From the IMG/VR virus record IMGVR_UViG_3300032305_001732, positions 12,585 to 76,584 of that record: a DNA stretch of 64,000 nt; one strand, 5' to 3'. This document shows, in pieces, positions 9,066 to 18,126 of the stretch; position 1 is the first letter of the stretch, and each line of letters begins with the position of its first letter. The notes under the pieces were generated by a model. That model had not been told where the DNA came from. It saw only the letters and a list, made by a program, of their open reading frames with translations, and ran no database searches. The position numbers and the translations under genes are program-made. The stretch is from a virus (taxonomy: Duplodnaviria > Caudoviricetes).

Positions 9066-11681
9066 ATGAGTGAGCCTGAAGACGACATCACAGACTTAGA
9101 CATTCAGGCGAGCGCTGCTGGGGCCGCGTGGGCGAAGCTGGCTGCTGAATTTAAGCCGGACTACACACCAGAGCAGCTTGAGAACTTGGGTGTATATGAC
9201 GCGTTGTATCGCGGCCAGGGCCCCAGATTAGCCAGCCTAGGCGAGTGGAAGCCTGAATGGGTGTCTGAGCACGACCCGAAAGGCTGGGCGCAGTGGTATA
9301 AGCGCTACACATCTGGCCGGCGTATTCCTGAAGAAGACGAACGACAAATTAAGCGCTGGGCTAGCTTTAAAGCCCGTCATGGCAGCTCTTTCACTAAGAA
9401 CCCGACACCCCGTAGAGGCTGGGCGCTACGTAATTGGGGAATTGACCCCGCCACGTTAGTCGAGCCCGCGGAGCAGCAGGGCGTCACCGAAATGCTGGAC
9501 GAGTATCAGCGCAAAGCTATGCAGAAGCATATTGCAGAGAAGCAATCCGCGCTGCTCCCTGAAGTAAACCTCCAGCCGCACCAAGAGCGCATTCAAGACA
9601 CAGCGCTTGAAGAAAACCCGCGCATGCTGGTGTATCACGGGCTTGGTTCTGGTAAATCTTTATCGGCTATTGCCGCTGCGGAAGCCGCTAAGCAGAAATA
9701 CAACGACGACTACGGAATCGTTGCCCCGGCCAGTCTGCGGGGTAACTTTCAGAAAGAAGTTGAGAAGTTTACCGAAGACAGCAAGCCAGAAATTCTTTCA
9801 TACACCGGGCTTGGTCTTGGCAAAGACTTTAAAAAGCAGCCCGACACCGTGATCATGGACGAGGCTCACAGACTTCGGAATCCTGGCGGGTCTGCTGCGC
9901 AAGCGGCTAAGACAGTGGCTGACAGGGCTAAGCGTGTGCTGCTCCTTACCGGCAGCCCCATCACGAATTCACCCAGCGACCTTGCAAACTTAATCTCAAT
10001 CGTCGCCAAGCAGAATATCACACCGAATGACTTTGAGAAGAAGTTCGTTGGGCAGAAGACAGTGCATCCCGGGATATTCAATTATCTTGCTGGCGTAAAG
10101 CCTGGTGTGCGCCCTGTAATCAAGAATGAGGGCGAGCTGCGCAAGCTTCTCGAGGGCCGCGTTGACTATCAGCCCAGTAAGACGCCTGAAGGCGTGAATG
10201 TTAACGAAGAGAAGATCCAAGTACCGTTAACAAGCGCGCAGCAGAAAATACAAAAAGCACTGCGTACGCAAATTCCGCCGAGCTTCCTCTGGAAGCTTGA
10301 TAAAGAGTTCCCGCTTAGCAAAGACGAACTGTCAAAGCTCAATAGCTTTCTGACGGGCTTGCGGCAGAACTCTGTGTCTACTCGGCCTTTCCGCCAAGAC
10401 TCGGACGCTATCTCTGCGTTTAATCAGTCAGGGAAGCTGCAGGAAGCGTACAAGCGGCTCAAGGAACTTATTGACTCGGACCCGCGCAAAAAAGCGATTA
10501 TCTACTCGAATCACATTGGTGCAGGTATTGAGCCGTATGCCGCCGCGCTTGATAAGAACAGAATACCCTATGGTGTATTCCATGGCGGTATTCCCACCCG
10601 CGTGCGGCAGCAGTCACTTAAAGACTACAACGAGGGCAAGCTCCGGGCGCTTTTAATTGGCCCGGCTGGCGCTGAAGGTTTGTCTACTAAGGGTACGAAC
10701 TTAATCCAGCTTTTAGACCCGCACTGGCACGAGTCACGAACACAGCAGGCGCGTGGCCGTGGGCTGCGCTTTGACAGCCACGATGACCTGCCGGAAGAGC
10801 TAAAGAACGTAGCTGTGCAGCGGTTTATCTCCAAGTCTGAAGAGCCTAGCTTCCTTGGTAAACTTATGGGTTATCGCCGCGAACGTACTGGAGACGAGAT
10901 CTTGGAACGCCTGTCAAACGAAAAAGAAGTATTTAACGAGCGTTTTCGTGATTTGCTCCGGGAGATTGGCTCACGTAACCACGACAAAACCGCATTTGAA
11001 TTAGGCCCGAAGCCTGAGCCCAAATTCGTGCAGGATGGTAAGTGGACACGTTTAGCCGGCACGCCGAAAGCTCCACCACAGGAAGCGCCAAAACCGCTGA
11101 GCCCTATGCCCGGGTCGCTGATGGCGAATAATGTCGAAATTAAACCGCGGCCGCAAATGGTGGCTGCTGGCATGCAGACACCTGAAGACCTTATCCGCAC
11201 AGGCGTTAAAAAGGTAACGGGTTACGACATACCAGCTTTAAGTTACTGCGGCCCGGGTAAAAATTTTGGGCAGGTGGCGTCGTTGGTAGGCATGGGCCAA
11301 GACATGTGGAACAACGGCTTTATGAAAAAGGTAAATGCGGATCTCTCGGCATTCGGCAAAGAAGCCGGTTTTCGCTGGTACAAGCGGTTCCCTGTAAACG
11401 ACAACGTAGCCGTGAACATGAGCCTTGGCGGGCCTTCTGTGACGTTTAAGAAGCTTATCCCTGGTACAAGCTTTACTTTGGGTAATAGAGCGCCTCGTTT
11501 ATATGTCGGAACGCCCGTACCGGGCGTAGCGTATCAGCAATACCTGTCGCCTAAAAAGCACAAAATCACGGCGGAAAAGGAATTTAAAGATTCGCCGGAG
11601 GATGAGAAAGACCAGCGCACGACATACGAGAAGATCCGAGACTTCTTGTTTGGCTCTGAGTATGGCCCCGACGCCGAGTAA
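9066..11681 (+). CDS. Multidomain protein: small N-terminal domain + SF2/SNF2-like helicase (poxvirus D6/D11-like) + C-terminal segments
   Basis: Motifs HGLGSGKS (I), DEAH (II), LLLTGSP (III), GAEGLSTKG (V) and QARGRGLRFDSH (VI). N-terminal GWAQWYKRY..GRR...D.RQIKRW domain. K-x-A/S sites at the domain joints. Confidence 0.85.
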   Translation: MSEPEDDITDLDIQASAAGAAWAKLAAEFKPDYTPEQLENLGVYDALYRGQGPRLASLGEWKPEWVSEHDPKGWAQWYKRYTSGRRIPEEDERQIKRWASFKARHGSSFTKNPTPRRGWALRNWGIDPATLVEPAEQQGVTEMLDEYQRKAMQKHIAEKQSALLPEVNLQPHQERIQDTALEENPRMLVYHGLGSGKSLSAIAAAEAAKQKYNDDYGIVAPASLRGNFQKEVEKFTEDSKPEILSYTGLGLGKDFKKQPDTVIMDEAHRLRNPGGSAAQAAKTVADRAKRVLLLTGSPITNSPSDLANLISIVAKQNITPNDFEKKFVGQKTVHPGIFNYLAGVKPGVRPVIKNEGELRKLLEGRVDYQPSKTPEGVNVNEEKIQVPLTSAQQKIQKALRTQIPPSFLWKLDKEFPLSKDELSKLNSFLTGLRQNSVSTRPFRQDSDAISAFNQSGKLQEAYKRLKELIDSDPRKKAIIYSNHIGAGIEPYAAALDKNRIPYGVFHGGIPTRVRQQSLKDYNEGKLRALLIGPAGAEGLSTKGTNLIQLLDPHWHESRTQQARGRGLRFDSHDDLPEELKNVAVQRFISKSEEPSFLGKLMGYRRERTGDEILERLSNEKEVFNERFRDLLREIGSRNHDKTAFELGPKPEPKFVQDGKWTRLAGTPKAPPQEAPKPLSPMPGSLMANNVEIKPRPQMVAAGMQTPEDLIRTGVKKVTGYDIPALSYCGPGKNFGQVASLVGMGQDMWNNGFMKKVNADLSAFGKEAGFRWYKRFPVNDNVAVNMSLGGPSVTFKKLIPGTSFTLGNRAPRLYVGTPVPGVAYQQYLSPKKHKITAEKEFKDSPEDEKDQRTTYEKIRDFLFGSEYGPDAE

Positions 11682-11736
11682 CCTGTATGCTTAGGTTGCG
11701 ATATAACCGGCAGGAGGCCACCCGAGGAGCCAAGGA

Positions 11737-12087
11737 ATGGCAGCCAATTTCACTAATTACCGGAAGCTCGTCTCTGTATTAAAAAAGCACGTCCCGCCGG
11801 CGTTTCCTATCTCTATTCGGCGTGTGCAGCTCCCCAAGCATATCGAAGGGCGTTGCTGGAAACACGGCAAGACGTTTATTATTGAGATCGACAAGTCTCT
11901 CGATCCGGCCCGCGCTATTGATGTGTTAATTCACGAGTGGGCGCATGCGCGAGCGTGGAATCACATGCTCGATGAGGCCCAAACGGATGAGGCTTTTAAT
12001 AAGCTCGCCCACGACGCTGCGTGGGGTGTAGCATATGCTGAGGTATACGCTAAATACGAGCAGAATTTCGCGCAGGCCGTACTATGA
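11737..12087 (+). CDS. HExxH zinc metallopeptidase-like protein (IrrE/SprT-like)
   Basis: EGRC...FIIEID...VLIHEWAHA. Confidence 0.65.
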   Translation: MAANFTNYRKLVSVLKKHVPPAFPISIRRVQLPKHIEGRCWKHGKTFIIEIDKSLDPARAIDVLIHEWAHARAWNHMLDEAQTDEAFNKLAHDAAWGVAYAEVYAKYEQNFAQAVL

Positions 12088-12332
12088 CCGAATTTAACTG
12101 GGCAACCGCCGCACTAATTTTTATAACGTACGTCCTGATTGATATCTTATACGCGTGGTACATTATCGCGGTCGGTAAGCGCCAGGAAATACAGGCGTCT
12201 GTGGCTAGTTCGCTGTTGTATAGTCTTTCGGCTTATGGCGTGATCACGTATTCCCGAAATATCACGTATATTGCTTTTTTGGCTGCCGGCGCATTTCTAG
12301 GCACGTACATTATCGTAAAGCTCAAGAAATGA
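12084..12332 (+). CDS. Small membrane protein
   Basis: Three hydrophobic segments; ATGA overlap with the upstream stop. Confidence 0.65.
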   Translation: MTEFNWATAALIFITYVLIDILYAWYIIAVGKRQEIQASVASSLLYSLSAYGVITYSRNITYIAFLAAGAFLGTYIIVKLKK

Positions 12333-12556
12333 GCCAGCCGTTATCCCGGGAGGTATTACTGGCACACGGCAGGTGTTGCGGCGGAAGATGCCAAAATTGC
12401 CCGTATATCCCCAGGCATATTGGCGGCAGTAAGCAGATTCAGCCAGTGTGTTTTGTGTGCCAAGGCGAACTGCAGGAAATACGCGGAAAACTGATCTGCA
12501 AAGAGTGCCACACGATTAACGAAACATGCTGTGACGGCGGGCAGTGCGCTACATAA
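12329..12556 (+). CDS. Small Cys-rich zinc-binding protein (DUF5522-like CCG..C..CPY + zinc ribbon)
   Basis: GRCCGGRCQNCPY followed by CFVC...CKEC...CCDG. Confidence 0.65.
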   Translation: MSQPLSREVLLAHGRCCGGRCQNCPYIPRHIGGSKQIQPVCFVCQGELQEIRGKLICKECHTINETCCDGGQCAT

Positions 12557-12689
12557 GCCGCATAGAAAATGGCTATTCTGTACAATAAAGCGACGGTATT
12601 CGGTCTTGTTTTTGCTGAATCCCCGTTGGCGGCTTGTTATTGATTTGATATGCTGAGACTACATTCCGCACATTATGGAGATTTACACT

Positions 12690-13256
12690 ATGTTCGTATC
12701 TGACGTCCAGGTATTGCGCCGGTTTACCAAGAAGCTCGCTTCGGTTGAGATGAAGGATCCGGCGGCTATGTCGGCGGCCGAGCGCACCGAATTCAACAAA
12801 ACCATGACGAAGCAGCAACCGCCCGATCTTACTGATAAGGTAAACATGGGCGCGCGCGCTGCCGGTTCTGCTGTATCCGGCGCCGCTAATAAGGGACTTG
12901 AGGGCATTACTGGCGCAGCTAAGTCGCTGTACAACAATGCCACGCCTACAAACCTTGGTTTGGCTGCAGCTGGCGCGGGATTAGGCGGCGGGGCCCTTTA
13001 CGGCCTTTCGCGCTTGCTGCAGTCCGATGAAGAAAAGAAGAAGAAAACGCCCATCATGGCTCCGGCTCTTGGGGCTGTAGGCGGCGCGGCCTTGTTGCCG
13101 ATCATTGCGGCTCTGATGTCTCGCGGTGAGGCGAAGCCGATTAACATGGACGGCTTTAATACTTCAAACGGTCCAGCAAATTATGCCGATGCTGTAGCCC
13201 ACGCGAGCGGCCCGGCGATGGTTGGCACACCGACCACGTCGACTTATCCTAAGTAA
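12690..13256 (+). CDS. Putative internal virion protein with glycine zippers
   Basis: GGAG SD; leader ending KKLAS; AAAGAGLGGGALYGL followed by EEKKKK; no Cys. Confidence 0.55.
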   Translation: MFVSDVQVLRRFTKKLASVEMKDPAAMSAAERTEFNKTMTKQQPPDLTDKVNMGARAAGSAVSGAANKGLEGITGAAKSLYNNATPTNLGLAAAGAGLGGGALYGLSRLLQSDEEKKKKTPIMAPALGAVGGAALLPIIAALMSRGEAKPINMDGFNTSNGPANYADAVAHASGPAMVGTPTTSTYPK

Positions 13257-13280
13257 TTACGCGTAGGCCACGTTATCCAT

Positions 13281-13559
13281 ATGATCTTCCGCAAACCAGC
13301 AAATGCTTTTTTAGCGTTGCTGGTTTGCGTTTTTTTAACGACCGCAATTGCTGATATCGTAATTGTGATCTATACTCGCGCGCTGGCTAACCGCGACGTC
13401 ACTCTTGCCGTTGCTATGGCTATGTCTATTTCCATGACCAAGGGCGTTAATATTTTGCTCCTTACAAGTCAATCGACAAATACACGTCGGTGGCTTGTGC
13501 AAATTGCGAGCGCGCTTGGTATGGGCTTCGGAACGTGGCTTGGGCTTTTGATATACTGA
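13281..13559 (+). CDS. Small membrane protein
   Basis: Three hydrophobic helices. Confidence 0.6.
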   Translation: MIFRKPANAFLALLVCVFLTTAIADIVIVIYTRALANRDVTLAVAMAMSISMTKGVNILLLTSQSTNTRRWLVQIASALGMGFGTWLGLLIY

Positions 13560-13581
13560 CACTGTCCTTACGAGGTGAACT

Positions 13582-14013
13582 GTGGCTGCGCCTGCTAAGA
13601 AGTTTGTCCTGAATGCTGAACAGCGCGTATACGTAGAGAAGTCTTGGGGTTACGAAGATTGGATTTGGAACGGGCGGTACTGCGGCAAAAAGTTGTTCAT
13701 TGAAAAAGGCAAAGAGTGCAGCTTTCATTATCATAAAGTCAAAGACGAGGTAATGTATCTCGAGCGCGGTAAGGTGCTGCTGACGTACGGCTGGGATTCA
13801 GACCCAGAGTTTGCGGCGCAGCTCACGCTCACTCCTGACATGGCTTTCCACATTCCTCCGGGCATGTGGCACCGTTTCAAGGGACTCGAGGAATCCATGC
13901 TTTTCGAGTTCAGCACCCACCACTCAGACAAGGACGTCGTGAGGTTGGGTGATAAAGAAGCCAAGGACGGCGCTGATGACGAAACAGACGAAGATAGCGA
14001 CGAAAATTCTTGA
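13582..14013 (+). CDS. Cupin-domain protein (mannose-6-phosphate isomerase / sugar isomerase-like)
   Basis: YCGKKL...SFHYHKVKDE and IPPGMWHRF cupin metal motifs; EFST.H.D.D. Confidence 0.8.
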   Translation: MAAPAKKFVLNAEQRVYVEKSWGYEDWIWNGRYCGKKLFIEKGKECSFHYHKVKDEVMYLERGKVLLTYGWDSDPEFAAQLTLTPDMAFHIPPGMWHRFKGLEESMLFEFSTHHSDKDVVRLGDKEAKDGADDETDEDSDENS

Positions 14014-16006
14014 GCGCGCTTACGCGCGCGAGTTAATTAAAGCAGCGGTCGGGCAGAATGACTTTGGCGTCGGGTCATATACGCCGCCGGGCCAGCCAAA
14101 GCCGATGAATTCGGGTATCACGCCCGCTGGCCGCGCATTAGCTGCTGCCCCGGCGGCTATCGGCAACGCAGTCGATGGCGCAGGTAGCGGTATATACGGC
14201 GGCTTTAATGCTGCCCTCGGCGCTCCGTTAAGCGGCATTGCTCGCGCTGGTCAGGGCATAGCGCACACTAATCACGTGCTCAATAATGACCCGCAGGCTC
14301 AAAATGCTTCAGCGGTCTGGGGTGCTGCAGCAAAGTCGCTTTGGTCAAACACAGTAGCCGGCGGTAAAGATTTACTCGAGGCTCCGTCACGCATGCTTGG
14401 CGCGCTTGACGGGCCCACGCATATGCAGACATTGCAAGCGCAGCAGGGCGCGCAGCTTAGTCCCGGCCAGCGGGATGTGTTTAATTTCGCTAATAATGCT
14501 GCGCAGAACGCTTCTACAGCTTTAGTTGCGGCTCCCGCATTTGGCGCTGTGGCAAAAGCTGTACCGCGGGCGGATAAAGCGCTGCAGTTGTACGCTTCTG
14601 GCGACGTCGCTCTCCGCAGCTTCGGCGTCGGCACGCCGGAGGTAAATCAAATTATAGCGAATACGATAGGCATGGGTAATCAGGCTCAAGCTGCAGAACC
14701 GCAAACCGCACCACAACCAGCGCCAGAGCCTACAGATGTTAACTATGATCAGCTGTCGACCGCTTTAAACAGCTTTCACCCTGAAATGCAAGACGCTGCC
14801 AACGAATTTGTGGCTGAGAATAACGCAGATCAAACAGAAGTAGCGCAAGATGCCGCTGCGACCCCAGCACAACAAGTTGCTGGTCCTGTTCCACCTCCGC
14901 CTACCGAACAGCCGGCGCCAGAACAGCAATCTGAAGCGGCTACGGATTACGCGGCTTTGACGCCTGCAAAGTGGTCGCTTCCTCCTAATGCCACCCCCGC
15001 GCAACAAAAAACAGTTGAGTACGCCACAAATACAATTAACGCTGCTCCGCCGCCTGTGCAGAAAGCTGTTAGTGATCTTGCAACTGATTCAACAAACGCA
15101 GAAGCAAAAGCGACTGTAGACGCCGCAGCTACTGAAAACATTGTGAGGTCCGTTACAGCGGATCCAGCTGCTACGGCAAACGGCGCTACAAATTTTGGCG
15201 AGCTTATTGGCGCCAAAATGGAGTGGTACAACAACCAAGACCCGCATACGCAGGGCTTGCTGGCGCTTGGGCTGTCTGCCGGCGTTATTGGACTTATTTC
15301 AGCTATTAATGGCGGCGGCTTGGGTAGTTTTCTTTCAATGGCGCTTGGTTTAGGCGGCGCTGGGCTTTTGGGCGCCGCAAGCGGCGCATTTGGCGAAGAC
15401 GGACAGCGCGCGATGGGGCAGGGCATGGCGTCAGTTGGGCGCATGATGGGGATGGATGTTCCTACGGATCCAGTACCTGTAGATCGGCTTGTGGGTGAAA
15501 ACGCTCCAGCGGCTATTCACGCTGACGTTATGAAATCTGCCCCGACCGACAAAGAAAAAATGCAGCTGCTCACTAACAAGACAATGCGAGACACTAAAGC
15601 GCAAAGCATACGCGCGGAACTGAAGCAACTAGACAGAGCAAAACAAATTGCGGGGATGCCGGAGCAAGCTGCAGTGCCTGTGCTTATGGCATTAGGTCAG
15701 GCGCAGGGCAAACCACTAACGACTGAAGTTGCTAAACAGGTTTATCGTAATGCTGTGCAAACCGCGCAAATGGCTAACGATAAAGACAGCCCTATGGGTA
15801 AGCAACTTGCTGAGGCGCAGCAGTTTTCTACAGATGCGGATAAATACGTAGCGCAGCAAGCTGGTAACTACATTGCACCATACGTAGCCCCTGCAGCGCC
15901 ATATGTGAATAAAGCTATACCTTATGTAAATCAAGCCTCGCAATATGCGGATCAAGCCTCGCAATTTCTTGCTCCATTTTTTCCCAAGGTGAATAATGCT
16001 AGATAA
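13976..16006 (+). CDS. Large Ala/Gln/Pro-rich putative internal virion (ejection) protein
   Basis: Leader ending LIKAA; a long Gly-rich hydrophobic segment (GLLALGLSAGVIG...LGLGGAGLLGAASG); no Cys in about 680 aa. Start codon uncertain. Confidence 0.55.
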   Translation: MTKQTKIATKILERAYARELIKAAVGQNDFGVGSYTPPGQPKPMNSGITPAGRALAAAPAAIGNAVDGAGSGIYGGFNAALGAPLSGIARAGQGIAHTNHVLNNDPQAQNASAVWGAAAKSLWSNTVAGGKDLLEAPSRMLGALDGPTHMQTLQAQQGAQLSPGQRDVFNFANNAAQNASTALVAAPAFGAVAKAVPRADKALQLYASGDVALRSFGVGTPEVNQIIANTIGMGNQAQAAEPQTAPQPAPEPTDVNYDQLSTALNSFHPEMQDAANEFVAENNADQTEVAQDAAATPAQQVAGPVPPPPTEQPAPEQQSEAATDYAALTPAKWSLPPNATPAQQKTVEYATNTINAAPPPVQKAVSDLATDSTNAEAKATVDAAATENIVRSVTADPAATANGATNFGELIGAKMEWYNNQDPHTQGLLALGLSAGVIGLISAINGGGLGSFLSMALGLGGAGLLGAASGAFGEDGQRAMGQGMASVGRMMGMDVPTDPVPVDRLVGENAPAAIHADVMKSAPTDKEKMQLLTNKTMRDTKAQSIRAELKQLDRAKQIAGMPEQAAVPVLMALGQAQGKPLTTEVAKQVYRNAVQTAQMANDKDSPMGKQLAEAQQFSTDADKYVAQQAGNYIAPYVAPAAPYVNKAIPYVNQASQYADQASQFLAPFFPKVNNAR

Positions 16007-16742
16007 AAAACTCGTAATAGACGTTATGCAAAAAGCCGCCCGATGCTGGGCGGGTTATGAGCCTGTGCCCGGCGCCAAGGCTTACAGCGAAGGCTCCTGC
16101 CGCCCGAAGGGCAGCAAGAAGACAAAGAAGGAAGTGATTCAAGGTAAAAATCACTCAGAGAAGAAAGCAGCGCAGCCGTATACGGGCCAGCACAGTGCTA
16201 CGCCGTTTGACGCTGCTCACGCGGCGGGCTTACTAGGCATGAAACCTAATGCAGATCCGCAGCAGGTCTATAACCGAATGATGCACAAATATCAATCTGG
16301 CGGTTTTAACCCGGCCCAGTTTTCAGAATTACGTGCAAAGTATCAAGGACTACCACCGTCGTTCACACCGCCTACTGGCGCTGTTGCTCCCGTCGCACCT
16401 AAACCAGTACAGGCGCCAGTCGCCGCCCGCCCGTCTCCGTGCGGCCCGGGTGGGTGCCCTGTGCCACGTCAGGTTAAACCGCCTGTTCCGCGCACGCCAA
16501 ACGGCACACCGCGGCTTGTTCCGGGCGTACCTCAACCGCGGCCCACAATGAATCAGATGCCGCCAAAAACGGCCAAAGTAGACTTTACGCAATTTGCGCC
16601 TAAAGCCGCACCGCCGGCAAAACCGGCTGTTGCGGCCGTGACCCGCAAACCGGAAGAGCCGGACACGCTCAAGCCCGAACCGCTTCCGCGTGTTGCTCCG
16701 ACTATTTCGCCGGTTGATTCCAAAGTTCCGCCGCTGAAGTAA
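15996..16742 (+). CDS. Pro-rich hypothetical virion protein with K-x-A-delimited segments
   Basis: QKAA, EKKAA and PKTA motifs; N-terminal CWAGYEPVPG...GSCRPK module. Confidence 0.55.
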   Translation: MLDKKLVIDVMQKAARCWAGYEPVPGAKAYSEGSCRPKGSKKTKKEVIQGKNHSEKKAAQPYTGQHSATPFDAAHAAGLLGMKPNADPQQVYNRMMHKYQSGGFNPAQFSELRAKYQGLPPSFTPPTGAVAPVAPKPVQAPVAARPSPCGPGGCPVPRQVKPPVPRTPNGTPRLVPGVPQPRPTMNQMPPKTAKVDFTQFAPKAAPPAKPAVAAVTRKPEEPDTLKPEPLPRVAPTISPVDSKVPPLK

Positions 16743-16762
16743 TTAAACAACAAGGATGTCAC

Positions 16763-17485
16763 ATGGCAAAACAGCCCAGCCGCACAGCGAACAAATCAGC
16801 ACGTCGACAGGAACGCAAACAAGCGCGCAAAGACAAACAGGACACGAACGTTTATTCGCCGGTAGAGTTTAAGCCTCGCACAGAATCGCAACGGCACGCC
16901 CTCGAGCTTGTCGCTGATAATGACATGAGTTTCCTTCTCGGATCTGCGGGTTCAGGCAAAACGTTTCTAGCTATGGCTTATGCAATTAATCAGGTGCTGA
17001 CTAAACAGGTAGATAAGATTGTTCTGACGCGGCCTATTGTCGAAGCCGGCGAGAAGCTTGGGTTTCTGCCGGGCACGTTTGGCGATAAGGTAAATCCGTA
17101 CATGCAGCCCCTTTACGACACCATGGAGGTGTTGTTGGGTAAGCAAGGAGCTAAGCGCGAGATTATCAATAAAGCTGTGGTGCTTGCGCCGCTATGTTAT
17201 ATGCGCGGGCGTACATTTAATGATTCAATCTGTATTTTTGACGAGGCGCAAAATGCCACGTACACGCAGCTTAAATTGTTTCTGACGCGTTTTGGGCAAA
17301 ATACGAAGGTTATCGTTACGGGTGATCCAGACCAGAGCGATCTCGTGACAGGCCGCCGAGAAGATTGCGCTTTGACCGAGGTCGTGGACAGGCTTAAAGG
17401 CACGGCGGGTATTGGTATGTATAAGTTTACCCATGCTGACGTCGTGCGCCATCCGCTAGTAGCTGCTGTGTTGCGCAAGCTGTAA
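16763..17485 (+). CDS. phoH: PhoH family ATPase
   Basis: GSAGSGKT, LTRPIVEAGEKLGFLPG, YMRGRT, DEAQN, GDPDQSD and VVRHPLV motifs. Confidence 0.95.
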   Translation: MAKQPSRTANKSARRQERKQARKDKQDTNVYSPVEFKPRTESQRHALELVADNDMSFLLGSAGSGKTFLAMAYAINQVLTKQVDKIVLTRPIVEAGEKLGFLPGTFGDKVNPYMQPLYDTMEVLLGKQGAKREIINKAVVLAPLCYMRGRTFNDSICIFDEAQNATYTQLKLFLTRFGQNTKVIVTGDPDQSDLVTGRREDCALTEVVDRLKGTAGIGMYKFTHADVVRHPLVAAVLRKL

Positions 17486-17493
17486 AAACAGAC

Positions 17494-17522
17494 TTGCCCA
17501 AGTTTTGCGTGTGACTTATAGT
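17494..17522 (+). promoter_or_regulatory. Sigma70-like promoter
   Basis: TTGCCC, 17 nt spacer, TATAGT, upstream of the AGGAG SD and ATG at 17546. Confidence 0.5.
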
Positions 17523-17545
17523 GGCTCCAACACTTAGGAGCTATT

Positions 17546-17992
17546 ATGCAATTACACGAAATCGTCACGCTGCTTAATGAAGACCTAAAAAACGAGTGGA
17601 AGCATATGCAGTTTTATCTGCATCATGCTAGCGCTATTACGGGCCTGCACGCGCACGAGTACAAAGAGTTTTTACTCGAACAAGCGGCCAGTGAGATGAA
17701 GCATGTACAGCAGTTTTCTGACATGCTGTTTGGTCTCGGTATAACCCCTACTACCGAAATAAACGAGTTTTCAAAACTCACAAGCGCCAAGTTAATACTT
17801 GAGAGCGCTGCTGCTATGGAAGAAGACGTCGTTAAAAATTACGTCCAGCGTATTGCGCAGCTGTCTACGCTAACGTTCCACTCTTCTGCAGAGGCGGCCG
17901 ACGCAAAATGGATCGAGATTTTTCTTGAGGAACAGGTCAAAGACAGCCGCGAAGATCTTGATCATTTAATGCGAATTCTCGCGGGGTTGTAA
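17546..17992 (+). CDS. Ferritin-like (bacterioferritin/Dps-like) di-iron protein
   Basis: LKNEW..MQFY, EQAASEMKHVQQF, AMEED and EEQVKDS.EDL ferroxidase-type motifs. Confidence 0.8.
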   Translation: MQLHEIVTLLNEDLKNEWKHMQFYLHHASAITGLHAHEYKEFLLEQAASEMKHVQQFSDMLFGLGITPTTEINEFSKLTSAKLILESAAAMEEDVVKNYVQRIAQLSTLTFHSSAEAADAKWIEIFLEEQVKDSREDLDHLMRILAGL

Positions 17993-17996
17993 TTCT

Positions 17997-18083
17997 GGAC
18001 AGGTGGCAGAGCGGTTGAATGCACTGGTCTTGAAAACCGGCGAGCCCTGACGGGCTCCGGGGGTTCGAATCCCTCCCTGTCCG
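17997..18083 (+). tRNA. trnS: tRNA-Ser (anticodon UGA); CCA not encoded
   Basis: Acceptor stem GGACAGG/CCTGTCC, D-loop with GG, anticodon arm CTGGT-CT TGA AA-ACCGG, long variable arm (GAGCCC/GGGCTC) and T-arm GGGGG-TTCGAAT-CCCTC. Confidence 0.95.
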
Positions 18084-18126
18084 TTAATCTTGCGCGTTTC
18101 TGCGTCTCGTTTATACTTGCGATTTA

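Noticed and set aside
15931-15965. 14 bp direct repeat TCAAGCCTCGCAAT
   Set aside because: An in-frame coding duplication (QASQY/QASQF) in a low-complexity C-terminus, not a regulatory or CRISPR repeat.
16763-16840. K-x-A motifs (NKSA, RKQA) in the PhoH N-terminus
   Set aside because: They sit in a Lys/Arg/Ala-rich low-complexity extension and probably arise by chance. Noted as a caution that K-x-A has a real background rate.
17997-18083. tRNA with a TGA anticodon as a possible suppressor or sign of stop-codon recoding
   Set aside because: Anticodon UGA reads UCA (Ser). Genes end normally at TAA, TAG and TGA, and coding density is high under code 11.
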